From: an uncultured Bifidobacteriaceae bacterium
GTDB taxonomy: Bacteria; Bacteroidota; Bacteroidia; Cytophagales; UBA9547
NCBI GenBank assembly: GCA_964572965.1
Contig: CAZNHL010000001.1
Location: 58,109 to 122,108 of the forward strand
Direction: 5' to 3'
DNA length: 64,000 nucleotides
The notes beneath the pieces were generated by a model. It was not told where the DNA came from, did no database searches, and saw only the letters and a list, made by a program, of their open reading frames with translations. The first letter of the stretch is position 1; the number at the start of each line of letters is the position of its first letter. This document shows positions 10,472 to 19,362 of this stretch, piece by piece. Made by a program: the position numbers and the translations under genes.

Positions 10472-11127
10472 ATATCAGCAATTGCTCTATTTAAAAATTC
10501 TTTAAAAGGATACATAGCTTTGTATCCTTTTATTGTTTGCTGCAAAAAGTCTTTTCTCAATATCTCAGAATCTGTACTGTTTCTTAGAACGATAAAATGT
10601 TTATTCTTTAGATATTCATTTGCAGGGTTATCTATATCGTACCCTTTAGGAGGCCGGCTTAACTTTCCTTCATTGGCTAAACCGCCAAAAGTTGATTTAA
10701 ACAATGAATTATCTAAAATATTTTCAAATTCCTTCAGATTATAATCTATCTCTTGCCTTACAGCTTTTAAAATATTTGCTTCTGGCATATAAATGCCACC
10801 TCCAATAAAAGAAGCTCCGGGCTGAATATGTATATAATAACCGGCAAGTGGCGATTTTTTGCCACCAGGAGTGAATGATGCCCCAAAATTAGACTTATAT
10901 GGTCTTTTATCCGAAGAAAAACGGACATCTCTGTTTATCCTGAAAATACACTTCTTTGCTTCCAAATCAGCAATAGATGGATCAAAGGATGCAATCTCCT
11001 TTATTAATTCAGCAACTAATTGCTCAAACTCTGATTTTGCCTGCAAGTATTCATCTTTGTGAGCATCAAACCATTCTTTAGTGTTATTGACGTTCAACCC
11101 TTCAAGGAAATTGAGAATATTCTTCAT
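10468..11127 (-). CDS. DUF2461 (TIGR02453) family protein
   Basis: 219 aa. The N-terminus (FLEGLNVNNTKEWFDAHKDEY) and the RINRDVRFSSDKRPYK motif are typical of DUF2461. Confidence 0.75.
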   Translation of the reverse strand: MKNILNFLEGLNVNNTKEWFDAHKDEYLQAKSEFEQLVAELIKEIASFDPSIADLEAKKCIFRINRDVRFSSDKRPYKSNFGASFTPGGKKSPLAGYYIHIQPGASFIGGGIYMPEANILKAVRQEIDYNLKEFENILDNSLFKSTFGGLANEGKLSRPPKGYDIDNPANEYLKNKHFIVLRNSTDSEILRKDFLQQTIKGYKAMYPFKEFLNRAIADI

Positions 11128-11203
11128 AATAAAAACAGTTTACCGAATCTGCAGATTTTTGAAACAAAACACAAACCTGCTATTCTGTTTCAGAAAATAC
11201 TAT

Positions 11204-11211
11204 TATATTTG
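11204..11211 (+). promoter_or_regulatory. Candidate Bacteroidota -7 promoter box (TATATTTG) for rpsP
   Basis: Matches the TAnnTTTG consensus about 50 nt upstream of the rpsP ATG. No convincing -33 TTTG element was seen. Confidence 0.4.
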
Positions 11212-11259
11212 TAGTTCACTAAAATCGCGGACGGGTTCCGCAAGAAAACTTAAACGTTT

Positions 11260-11796
11260 ATGGCAGTAAAAATCAGATTAGCCAAAAGAGGTCGTAAAGC
11301 ATTAGCTTTATACGATATCGTAGTAGCAAACTCAAGTTCACCACGTGATGGTCGTTTTATCGAGAAAATCGGTTACTACAATCCAAACACTAATCCAGCA
11401 ACAGTAGTATTGAAAGCTGATAAAGCTCTTGATTGGTTGTTGAAAGGAGCTCAACCTACAGATACAACAAGATCATTGCTGTCTCATCAAGGCTTGATGT
11501 TCAAAAAACACTTACAAATAGGTGTTAACAAAGGAGCTATCACTCAAGAAGCTGCTGATAAGAAATTTGAAGCATGGTTGGCTGATAAAACTAAATCTGT
11601 TGAATCTGCTAAAGCAGGTCTTGTTAAAAAGAAAGAAGACGCTAAGAAAGCTGCTTTTGCTGCTGAAACAAAAGTAAAAGAAGCTCGTGCTGAAGCTATC
11701 AAAATTAAAAACACTCCGGTTGCTGAAGCTCCTGCTCCTGCTGTTGAAGAGGCTTCAGAAGAAGCTGCTGCTCCTGCAGAAGAGTCTGCTGAATAA
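11260..11796 (+). CDS. rpsP: 30S ribosomal protein S16 with Ala/Glu/Lys-rich C-terminal extension
   Basis: Starts [46 protein letters not shown]. At 178 aa it has the long C-terminal tail common in Bacteroidota. Confidence 0.95.
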   Translation: MAVKIRLAKRGRKALALYDIVVANSSSPRDGRFIEKIGYYNPNTNPATVVLKADKALDWLLKGAQPTDTTRSLLSHQGLMFKKHLQIGVNKGAITQEAADKKFEAWLADKTKSVESAKAGLVKKKEDAKKAAFAAETKVKEARAEAIKIKNTPVAEAPAPAVEEASEEAAAPAEESAE

Positions 11797-11817
11797 GCAC
11801 AAACAAACTAATTACAG

Positions 11818-11849
11818 AAAGGAACATGTTTATCATGTTCCTTTTTTTG
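11818..11849 (+). terminator. Rho-independent terminator of rpsP
   Basis: Stem GGAACATG (11821-11828) pairs with CATGTTCC (11834-11841), loop TTTAT, followed by T7. Confidence 0.8.
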
Positions 11850-11861
11850 TTACAGATCATT

Positions 11862-12908
11862 ATGTTATTTCAGGATATACTTATCCAGTGGTACCAGACC
11901 CACAAGCGAGACCTGCCTTGGAGGCATACACAGGATCCTTATCTAATCTGGCTCTCAGAGGTAATACTACAACAAACCCGGGTAGCTCAAGGTTTGCCAT
12001 ACTTCAATCGTTTTGCTGAAGCTTACCCAACTGTCCAGCACCTTGCCAATGCAAGTGAGCAGGAAGTTCTTCGGCTCTGGCAGGGCTTAGGCTATTACTC
12101 CAGAGCACGAAACATGCATAAAACCGCTCAAATTGTTGTGAATGAACATAATGGTATATTCCCAAACACGTACAAAGGTCTGCTAAACCTCAAAGGGATT
12201 GGCCCTTATACAGCAGCGGCAATTGCATCATTCGCTTACAATGAAAATGTTGCTGTACTGGACGGAAATGTTTTTCGGGTATTGGCCCGCCATTTTGGAA
12301 TTGATACAGACATTGCCTCCACTAATGGAGCAAAAGTATTCAGAGCACTTGCAGACGAATTACTACCAAAATATAATAGCAACATCTACAACCAGGCTAT
12401 TATGGAGTTTGGAGCATTACAATGTACTCCATCAAACCCTAATTGCCTTCACTGTCCTTTACAACATAGCTGTATTGCGTTTTCTCAAAGAAATCAAAGT
12501 TCACTCCCTGTTAAAATCAAAAAACTCAAAATTAAGCATCGTTACTTCCATTATTTCATTTTCAGACAAAACGAAAAGCTTTTAATGAAGGTCAGGACTA
12601 GCGGTGATATTTGGCAAGGGCTCTATGATTTCTATCTGATCGAACATACAGAAGCCTTAGAAACAGACAATCTTCTTAATCATCTTACAGCGAAAGAAAA
12701 TATGGGAGATTTAAAGGTAATTTCTGTCTCAGATGAAATAAAACACGTTCTTACCCATCAGCGCATCTATGCACGCTTTTGGCTTATAGACTTAAGCTCT
12801 ACTAATATACCCAATTTAGAACAATTTGAAGCTTATTCCTTACTTCAAACACGCCAACTCCCTAAACCTGTCTTAGTTGATAATTACTTGGCTAAATGGT
12901 TTTATTAA
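11862..12908 (+). CDS. mutY: A/G-specific adenine DNA glycosylase MutY
   Basis: Shows QDILIQWYQTHKRDLPWR, an HhH-GPD region (LKGIGPYTAAAI), an FeS cluster loop (C..C..C) and a NUDIX-like C-terminus. I moved the start to the ATG at 11862 because the track start at 11826 lies inside the rpsP terminator hairpin. Confidence 0.9.
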   Translation: MLFQDILIQWYQTHKRDLPWRHTQDPYLIWLSEVILQQTRVAQGLPYFNRFAEAYPTVQHLANASEQEVLRLWQGLGYYSRARNMHKTAQIVVNEHNGIFPNTYKGLLNLKGIGPYTAAAIASFAYNENVAVLDGNVFRVLARHFGIDTDIASTNGAKVFRALADELLPKYNSNIYNQAIMEFGALQCTPSNPNCLHCPLQHSCIAFSQRNQSSLPVKIKKLKIKHRYFHYFIFRQNEKLLMKVRTSGDIWQGLYDFYLIEHTEALETDNLLNHLTAKENMGDLKVISVSDEIKHVLTHQRIYARFWLIDLSSTNIPNLEQFEAYSLLQTRQLPKPVLVDNYLAKWFY

Positions 12909-12963
12909 TTATATTCGAAAATAATGTCTAATTTTGTTTTAATTAAATCACAACACTACAACC

Positions 12964-13407
12964 ATGGCAGGAATTAATAAAGTTATTCTTATTGGAAACC
13001 TGGGCAAAGACCCTGAAGTGAGACACCTCCCAAGTGGCTCTTCTGTTGCTTCGTTCCCTTTAGCAACGACTGAAAGCTTTAAAGACAAGAACGGCAACAA
13101 AGTTGACCAGACTGAATGGCACAACATTGAAGTATGGGACGGTCTGGCTAAAATTGCTGAACAATATCTTAAAAAAGGCATGACCGTTTTTGTCGAAGGA
13201 AAAATCCGTACAGAAAACTGGGATGATAAAGACGGAAATAAAAGATATACAACCAAAATTCGTGCTGTAAACTTCCAGATGCTGGGGGGAAGACCTGAAG
13301 GTGCAAACGGAGGTTATAGTAATACTGGCGCAGGCCAGAGTTCTTCGCCAATATCTGAACCAATCGCAATGAATGGCAGTGCAGCTGAAGACGATCTGCC
13401 ATTTTAA
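12964..13407 (+). CDS. ssb: Single-stranded DNA-binding protein
   Basis: Starts MAGINKVILIGNLGKDPEVR and contains TEWHNI. It has a Gly-rich linker and the acidic tail DDLPF. Confidence 0.95.
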   Translation: MAGINKVILIGNLGKDPEVRHLPSGSSVASFPLATTESFKDKNGNKVDQTEWHNIEVWDGLAKIAEQYLKKGMTVFVEGKIRTENWDDKDGNKRYTTKIRAVNFQMLGGRPEGANGGYSNTGAGQSSSPISEPIAMNGSAAEDDLPF

Positions 13408-13431
13408 TCATTTTTACTAAAAAAATAACTT

Positions 13432-14787
13432 GTGGATAGTAGTAGTATTGCATCATCACCGGACCCCTTACCCGTCTTCGCTGAAACAGCAGGATTTATA
13501 AGTGGCTCAATTGCTTTCTATGTTGTTGTATTATTGGCAATTGGACTGCTCCTGGCTTTATCTGCAATTATATCCGGTGCAGAAGTAGCATTTTTTTCAC
13601 TTTCTCATGACGAAGTCATGAAATGTAAAACAAGCAATGACAAAGTAGAGCTTCGCATTGCAGACTTATTGAAAGATCCAAAACATTTGCTTGCTACTAT
13701 CCTCATTTTAAACAATTTATTTAATGTATCGGTCGTAACCCTTTCAACTTTTCTTACCTGGGAACTTGTTGGCAAGGCCAATACTAAAGGAATTGCTATA
13801 GTAATACTTACCTCCCTTGTGACTTTTGCCATTGTATTTTTTGGAGAGGTAATTCCTAAAATATATGCCAGCCAACGTGGTATGCAGCTAGCTAAAAACA
13901 CAAGTGCATTCTTATCTGTCTCAAATAAAATCATGTATCCTTTTTCATGGTTATTAACCAATTTGGGAAATGTGCTTGAAAAGAGAATACATAAAAGAGG
14001 TTATCATATCTCTGTGGAAGAACTTAACAAAGCACTCGAACTTACCACCGAAAAAAATACTACTGAAGAAGAAAAAGAGATATTAAAAGGTATCGTCAAT
14101 TTTGGCACTATCACTGTAAGACAGGTAATGAGGACCAGAATGGACATTTCTTCACTTGATATTGAAACATCTTTTATTGAACTGATAGAAAAAGTAAATC
14201 AACTGGGCTATTCCAGGATTCCGGTTTATCGAGATACTGTTGACAAAATAGAAGGTATCCTTTACATAAAGGACCTATTACCTCACATTGAAGAACCTGA
14301 AGAGTATAATTGGCGATCATTATTACGCACTCCTTACTTTATTCCTGAAAACAAAAAAATTGACTCTTTATTAAAAGATTTTCAGGCAATGCAGGTACAT
14401 ATTGCCATTGTTGTTGATGAATATGGGGGTACCGCCGGATTAATTACAATGGAAGACATCATTGAAGAAATTGTAGGAGAAATCAATGATGAGTTCGATG
14501 AGGAACAAATTGAGTACACCAGAACAGAGGATAATGCATATATATTTGAAGGCAAAACATCATTAAATGATTTTTGCAAAATATTAGATGTTCATCCTGA
14601 TTTGTTTGAGAAAGTGAGAGGAGATAGTGAATCTCTTGGCGGTCTTTTGCTTGAGCTAAATGAAGGATTACCTGAAACCGGAGAAAAAATTACTTATGGC
14701 CGATTTACCTTTGAGGTAATATCAGTTGATACCAGAAAAATAAATACAGTAAAGATTGTCGAAAATGAGGAGAAGGAGAATCTATAG
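13432..14787 (+). CDS. gldE: Gliding motility-associated protein GldE (DUF21-CBS-CorC_HlyC family)
   Basis: 451 aa with a GTG start. It has an N-terminal DUF21 membrane domain, a CBS pair and a CorC/HlyC C-terminus. It lies in the mutY-ssb-gldE-gldD order, which I recall from memory for Flavobacterium johnsoniae. Confidence 0.75.
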   Translation: MDSSSIASSPDPLPVFAETAGFISGSIAFYVVVLLAIGLLLALSAIISGAEVAFFSLSHDEVMKCKTSNDKVELRIADLLKDPKHLLATILILNNLFNVSVVTLSTFLTWELVGKANTKGIAIVILTSLVTFAIVFFGEVIPKIYASQRGMQLAKNTSAFLSVSNKIMYPFSWLLTNLGNVLEKRIHKRGYHISVEELNKALELTTEKNTTEEEKEILKGIVNFGTITVRQVMRTRMDISSLDIETSFIELIEKVNQLGYSRIPVYRDTVDKIEGILYIKDLLPHIEEPEEYNWRSLLRTPYFIPENKKIDSLLKDFQAMQVHIAIVVDEYGGTAGLITMEDIIEEIVGEINDEFDEEQIEYTRTEDNAYIFEGKTSLNDFCKILDVHPDLFEKVRGDSESLGGLLLELNEGLPETGEKITYGRFTFEVISVDTRKINTVKIVENEEKENL

Positions 14788-15361
14788 TATATTGGCAATA
14801 GGAATGATTTGGGGCTTTTTGCTGATTTCCTGCAATAAAAATGACAAGTATGTTCCTAAAAGCAGAGGATACAACAGGATTGATTTGCCTGCTCATGCTT
14901 ATCTCAAATTAACAGAACAACATCCTTATTCATTTGAATATTCAAAATATGCTACAGTTTCTCCCCACAAAGGTTTACAAGAACCGCATTGGATAGATGT
15001 TTATTACCCGGAATTTGATGCGAATGTTCAGATCACTTATAAGCCGCTCAATAAAGACAAAAAAAAGTATCTTGAACTGGTTGACGACTCTTACAAGCTA
15101 GCTACTAAACATCAGGTAAAAGCATATTCAATAGAAGAAATGCAGGTAAAAACACCTTCTGGACGCATGGCAACAGTTATTGAACTTACAGGTGATGTTC
15201 CGAGCCAGTTCCAGTTCTATGCTTCAGACTCAACTAATCACTTTATGAGAGGTGCCCTTTATTTTAAAACTTCTACACAAAATGACTCTTTAGCACCAGT
15301 AATAGATTATATTAAAACAGATGTTATTCATATGCTGAATACATTGGAATGGCAAAAATAA
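14765..15361 (+). CDS. gldD: Gliding motility lipoprotein GldD
   Basis: Lipobox LLISC, then KYVPKSRGYNRIDLP, immediately downstream of and overlapping gldE. The ATG at 14765 is preferred over the TTG at 14756. Confidence 0.65.
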   Translation: MRRRRIYSILAIGMIWGFLLISCNKNDKYVPKSRGYNRIDLPAHAYLKLTEQHPYSFEYSKYATVSPHKGLQEPHWIDVYYPEFDANVQITYKPLNKDKKKYLELVDDSYKLATKHQVKAYSIEEMQVKTPSGRMATVIELTGDVPSQFQFYASDSTNHFMRGALYFKTSTQNDSLAPVIDYIKTDVIHMLNTLEWQK

Positions 15362-15363
15362 TT

Positions 15364-15570
15364 AAATGACTATCCGCTTCTATGAACCTTCTTATGTTTT
15401 TGCCGCAGATAACGCAGAATTTCGCAGATTAGGATTTAAAACTCCGATTCTGAAAAAACCTTGAAAATTTAAAAATCAATAAAACCTGTGCTATCAGCTA
15501 AATTAACGGGCAAAATTCAGAATCTGCGGTTAAGCGAATCAGGTAAGGTGTGCCGAAACGGATACTCAAT
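15364..15570. repeat. Palindromic intergenic repeat element of about 200 bp, copy A (MITE-like or structured RNA)
   Basis: Shares blocks with the reverse complement of 50235..50443: AAATGACTATCCGCTTCTATGA (22/22 identical), CCTTCTTA, AATCAATAAAA, and CAAAATTCAGAATCT..GGTTAA.CGAATCAG.TAAGGT. Terminal inverted repeats are GACTATCCGCTTC (15368-15380) and GAAACGGATACTC (15555-15567), matching 11/13. An internal pair CCGCAGAT/ATCTGCGG is also present. Confidence 0.7.
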
Positions 15571-15575
15571 AATAA

Positions 15576-16040
15576 TTAATCTGTTTTTGAGGACAACTCA
15601 TTAATTGCATCCATTACCAAATCTAACTCGTAACCCTTGGATGATAAAAAATAAGCAATTTTTTGCTGTTGCTTCCAAGGGTCTGTTTCTTTTAATGTTT
15701 TTTGCTTTTTTCTTACTAATTCAATAATAGTGTTCCAATAAAACTCCGGATCAATTTCCGTAAAACCTTCCTTTATAAGTTCATCAGAAATACCCTTTTG
15801 TTTAAGTATTAAACGAATTTTCCGTCTCCCCCATTTCTTTAGCTTAAACTTCCCCCTTACAAAAGATTTTACATACCGTTGCTCGTCAAGAAACTTATCC
15901 TCCACCAGCATAGTAACTAATACATGAATCTTTTCCTCCGGGACTTCCCATTCTCCTAACCTTTCCTTAACTTCTCTAACAGATCTGTCTTGATAAGCAC
16001 AAAAGCTGGCTATTTTTAAGTATATTTCATTAAGCGTCAT
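15576..16040 (-). CDS. recX: Recombination regulator RecX
   Basis: 154 aa. The helical-repeat pattern (CAYQDRSVREVKERL ... FLDEQRYVKSFVRGK ... WGRRKIRLILKQKGI) is typical of RecX. Confidence 0.8.
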   Translation of the reverse strand: MTLNEIYLKIASFCAYQDRSVREVKERLGEWEVPEEKIHVLVTMLVEDKFLDEQRYVKSFVRGKFKLKKWGRRKIRLILKQKGISDELIKEGFTEIDPEFYWNTIIELVRKKQKTLKETDPWKQQQKIAYFLSSKGYELDLVMDAINELSSKTD

Positions 16041-16159
16041 TATTCTAAATTAAGTGATTCTAAATGGCATTAGCATTTAACAAATAAAATTTTAACCAAA
16101 AAACTTCGTTGTAATTGGTAATCTCATTGACATTTAAAACTCAATATCCGTACAAATAA

Positions 16160-18484
16160 TTGATTATAATACTTACCCCCGTGTACCGTAGCTTATTATT
16201 TTTTTTGCTGATGCATTTAAGCTTCTATTTAGCGGCGCAGGATAACTATATCTTAACACTCACTGTCAAAGACAGTAAAACTGACGAAATACTCCCTGGT
16301 GCTGTAGTAAGAGAAATACATACAGGTAAGGCCATCTCTACAGATGCAAATGGTAAATGTCAGTTTATCCTGCCTAAATCCGATAGCTTAAAAATTGAGA
16401 TTAATTTCACCGGTTATAAACGTCTTATTCTAAACGTAAATCCTAAGATTCAACATCTGGATGTTAGACTGGAAGCTGACATTATAGAATTAAAGGAGGT
16501 TGTCATTAATGCTAACTCCAATAAAGAAAAACTAGAATCTACTCAAATGAGTATGGAAACAGTTACAATCCAAACAGCAAAAATGCTTCCTGTTTTATTG
16601 GGTGAAGTAGACATATTGAAGGTATTCCAATTAAAGCCGGGCATACAATCAGGAAATGAAGGCAGCACCGGATTGTATGTAAGAGGAGGAGGCCCTGAAC
16701 AAAACCTTTTTCTTGTTGACGATGCCACAGTTTATAATCCTTACCACTTATTTGGGTTTTTCAGTGTATTCAATTCCGATGTTGTTAGCAAAGTTGATCT
16801 ATATAAAGGAGGGTTTCCTGCCCAATATGGTGGAAGATTGTCATCTGTAATTGATGTAAAGCTCAGAGACGGCGATAAAGATAAGTATCATGTATCCGGA
16901 GGAATAGGAACCATTGCATCAAGACTGGCGATAGAGGGACCTATACAAAAGGGTAAATCATCTTTCCTGATTGCAGGAAGAAGAACATATATAGAACCTA
17001 TCACAAGATATGTGAATAAGCAAAATGAAGGCAAAGACAATTACGATCCGATACCAGATTACAACTTTCAGGACTTAAACCTTAAATTCTCTTACAAAGT
17101 CAGACCTAAAGATAAAATTACTTTAACTGGCTATTATGGCAGAGATAATTTCAATTTCGTTGGAAACTCTTACAGCCTTAAGTTTAATTGGGGTAACCTT
17201 GTAGGTAGTTATAACTGGCAGCACACCTTTAATTCGAAACTTTATACTAATACTACAATTTCCTTTTCCGATTACAATTACAAAATCTCTAACAGGTTTG
17301 ATAACTTCAGTCTGAATGTCACCTCCGGAGTTCGGGACTATACTATAAAAAACGACTGGAATTATACACTGAGCAATAAACATACTGTAAAAGCTGGTAT
17401 TAACGTTTCACGTTATGAGTTTAATGTAGGCTTATTAAATGCCGGAACTGACGATGGTAAAATTAGATTTGGAACAGGACAATCACTTATTGCAAGCGGT
17501 TTCGGAGTTTATCTTGGAGACGAATACACTCTCAATCCCCGTTGGAAATTCGACGCAGGAATTCGCTTTTCAGGATTTCACAACAGAAAAACATATACAG
17601 GCTTTGAACCGCGGATTTCTACCCGTTACAAAGTAAACGAAAACATTTCCCTGAAAGCCAATTACACACGTATGCTTCAGTATGTACATTTGGCTACTAA
17701 CTCCGGGTCCAGTCTCCCTACCGATATCTGGTATCCTTCAAGCCCCAATGTAGCGCCGGAGAAGGGAAATCAGGCTGCTGCCGGAATTAACATTTCTCTT
17801 TTTGAAGGCCGCTATTTTCTTTCTAATGAAATCTATTACAAATGGATGAACAATCAGATAGATTTTAAGGACGGTGCACAGTTATTTGTCAATCCAAATC
17901 TTGAACAAGAATTTATATATGGGAAAGGCTGGGCTTACGGAAATGAAATTTACCTGGAAAAGAAAACGGGGAAACTTACCGGTTGGGTTGGTTATACATT
18001 GGCCTGGACCTGGCGTCAATTTAATGGAGGTACTCCCGAAACAACTATTAATAACGGTCAGCCATTTCACCCAAAATATGACAGAAGAAATGACATTACT
18101 GTTGTAGCAATGTATGAGCTAAACAAACGCCTGTCCTGCTCGCTTACCTGGATTTACGGAACAGGAACTTTAATATCACTTCCCACTGGCAGAATGCTGG
18201 TACAGGATGTTAATGGGAAAGATGTAAGCTTCGTTCCTATATACGGAGAAAGGAATAACTACAGAATTCCCGCATATCATAGAATGGATATTTCTATCAT
18301 TTGGAAAATGGGTAAAAGAACAGATCTTACGTTAAGTGTATATAATGTTTATAACAGGCGTAACACATACATAGTCTACCTCGATAGCTCCACTAAAGGA
18401 GTTAATATTAACAGTACCTTTGTAGCTAAACAAATATCTCTTTTCCCTATTATACCATCGCTGACTTTCAATTTCAAGTTCTGA
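16160..18484 (+). CDS. TonB-dependent receptor with N-terminal carboxypeptidase-regulatory-like domain
   Basis: 774 aa. It has a CarbopepD_reg-like start (LTLTVKDSKTDEILPGAVV), a plug region (GLYVRGGGPEQNLFLVDDATVYNP) and a barrel ending ...PSLTFNFKF. The start is uncertain: TTG at 16160 or GTG at 16181. Confidence 0.85.
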   Translation: MIIILTPVYRSLLFFLLMHLSFYLAAQDNYILTLTVKDSKTDEILPGAVVREIHTGKAISTDANGKCQFILPKSDSLKIEINFTGYKRLILNVNPKIQHLDVRLEADIIELKEVVINANSNKEKLESTQMSMETVTIQTAKMLPVLLGEVDILKVFQLKPGIQSGNEGSTGLYVRGGGPEQNLFLVDDATVYNPYHLFGFFSVFNSDVVSKVDLYKGGFPAQYGGRLSSVIDVKLRDGDKDKYHVSGGIGTIASRLAIEGPIQKGKSSFLIAGRRTYIEPITRYVNKQNEGKDNYDPIPDYNFQDLNLKFSYKVRPKDKITLTGYYGRDNFNFVGNSYSLKFNWGNLVGSYNWQHTFNSKLYTNTTISFSDYNYKISNRFDNFSLNVTSGVRDYTIKNDWNYTLSNKHTVKAGINVSRYEFNVGLLNAGTDDGKIRFGTGQSLIASGFGVYLGDEYTLNPRWKFDAGIRFSGFHNRKTYTGFEPRISTRYKVNENISLKANYTRMLQYVHLATNSGSSLPTDIWYPSSPNVAPEKGNQAAAGINISLFEGRYFLSNEIYYKWMNNQIDFKDGAQLFVNPNLEQEFIYGKGWAYGNEIYLEKKTGKLTGWVGYTLAWTWRQFNGGTPETTINNGQPFHPKYDRRNDITVVAMYELNKRLSCSLTWIYGTGTLISLPTGRMLVQDVNGKDVSFVPIYGERNNYRIPAYHRMDISIIWKMGKRTDLTLSVYNVYNRRNTYIVYLDSSTKGVNINSTFVAKQISLFPIIPSLTFNFKF

Positions 18485-19296
18485 TGAACAGGTACCGCTT
18501 TCAAATATTCCTGCTATTATGTTTTCAGGCACTCTGTTGTCAGAAATCTAAAATAATAGACCTTGATTTACCGCCTCAGACACCAACTTTATCTGTTGAA
18601 TGTTATTTGGAAAGGGGGAAAATAACCCGCATGCTTTTAACTGAAACATCTGATTATTATTCACCTGGCTACCCTGTTGATATTTCAGCGCTTGTCACTA
18701 TTACTCATAATGGGATAGTTGATACTATGCTTCATCAAATTTTTCTTGACACTATTGATAATGAAGGTAAAGTATACAACTATTATCTTCCTGATACCAT
18801 TAAAGCTAATATTGGTGACACATATTCACTTTATATCAAAGATAGCAAAGGGCGTGTAGCTACTGCTCAGACAGTTTTCCGGGATATAGTTAAACTCGAT
18901 TCGGTTTATTACATTCTTAATGAAAACGACCGGGTATCAATTAGAATAGAATTTCTGGACGACAAGTCAACAAAAGATCAGTATCGCTTGTTAATACTAA
19001 AAGATACGATAGGCGGTTCGGTACAAAATGACATGCTCATAAGAGATGAAATATTTGAAACAGCCACTATAGGCTTTAACACCACTTATAAATTTAATCT
19101 TAATGATTCCTTATATGTAGATTTGTATCACTTAACTGATGAATACTATACCTTCCTGAAATCGGTGTCTGATGCCAAAGGAGCAAATGGCAACCCTTTT
19201 GCTGTTCCGGCAAAAGTAAAAGGAAATATTACAGGAGGAATTGGGATTTTTCAAGCTCTTAATTATGACCGAAGAAACTTAACAATCAGAAAATAA
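18484..19296 (+). CDS. DUF4249-like protein partnered with the TonB-dependent receptor
   Basis: 270 aa with a signal peptide. Its start overlaps the receptor's stop codon (TGATG). This size and position match the frequent TBDR-DUF4249 pairs in Bacteroidota. Confidence 0.55.
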   Translation: MNRYRFQIFLLLCFQALCCQKSKIIDLDLPPQTPTLSVECYLERGKITRMLLTETSDYYSPGYPVDISALVTITHNGIVDTMLHQIFLDTIDNEGKVYNYYLPDTIKANIGDTYSLYIKDSKGRVATAQTVFRDIVKLDSVYYILNENDRVSIRIEFLDDKSTKDQYRLLILKDTIGGSVQNDMLIRDEIFETATIGFNTTYKFNLNDSLYVDLYHLTDEYYTFLKSVSDAKGANGNPFAVPAKVKGNITGGIGIFQALNYDRRNLTIRK

Positions 19297-19362
19297 CCGT
19301 TTAATAAACACGTTTTCAGATAAATTTCTAAATTTGACTGATCATTTTTAATTTCCACTTTT

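Noticed and set aside
11137-11160. CCGAATCTGCAGATTTTTG upstream of rpsP shares GAATCTGC with the 200-bp repeat element
   Set aside because: Only about 8 nt are shared, which is too short to call a third copy or fragment.
11687-12019. 110-aa plus-strand ORF, and the 11826 start for mutY
   Set aside because: The ORF is an alternative frame of the Ala/Glu-rich rpsP tail and runs through the rpsP terminator hairpin. The mutY N-terminus from 11826 would be translated from the terminator stem, so the ATG at 11862 is preferred.
12948-13459. Minus-strand ORFs (102 aa and 96 aa) overlapping ssb
   Set aside because: They are antisense to a highly conserved ssb gene and have low-complexity, implausible sequences.
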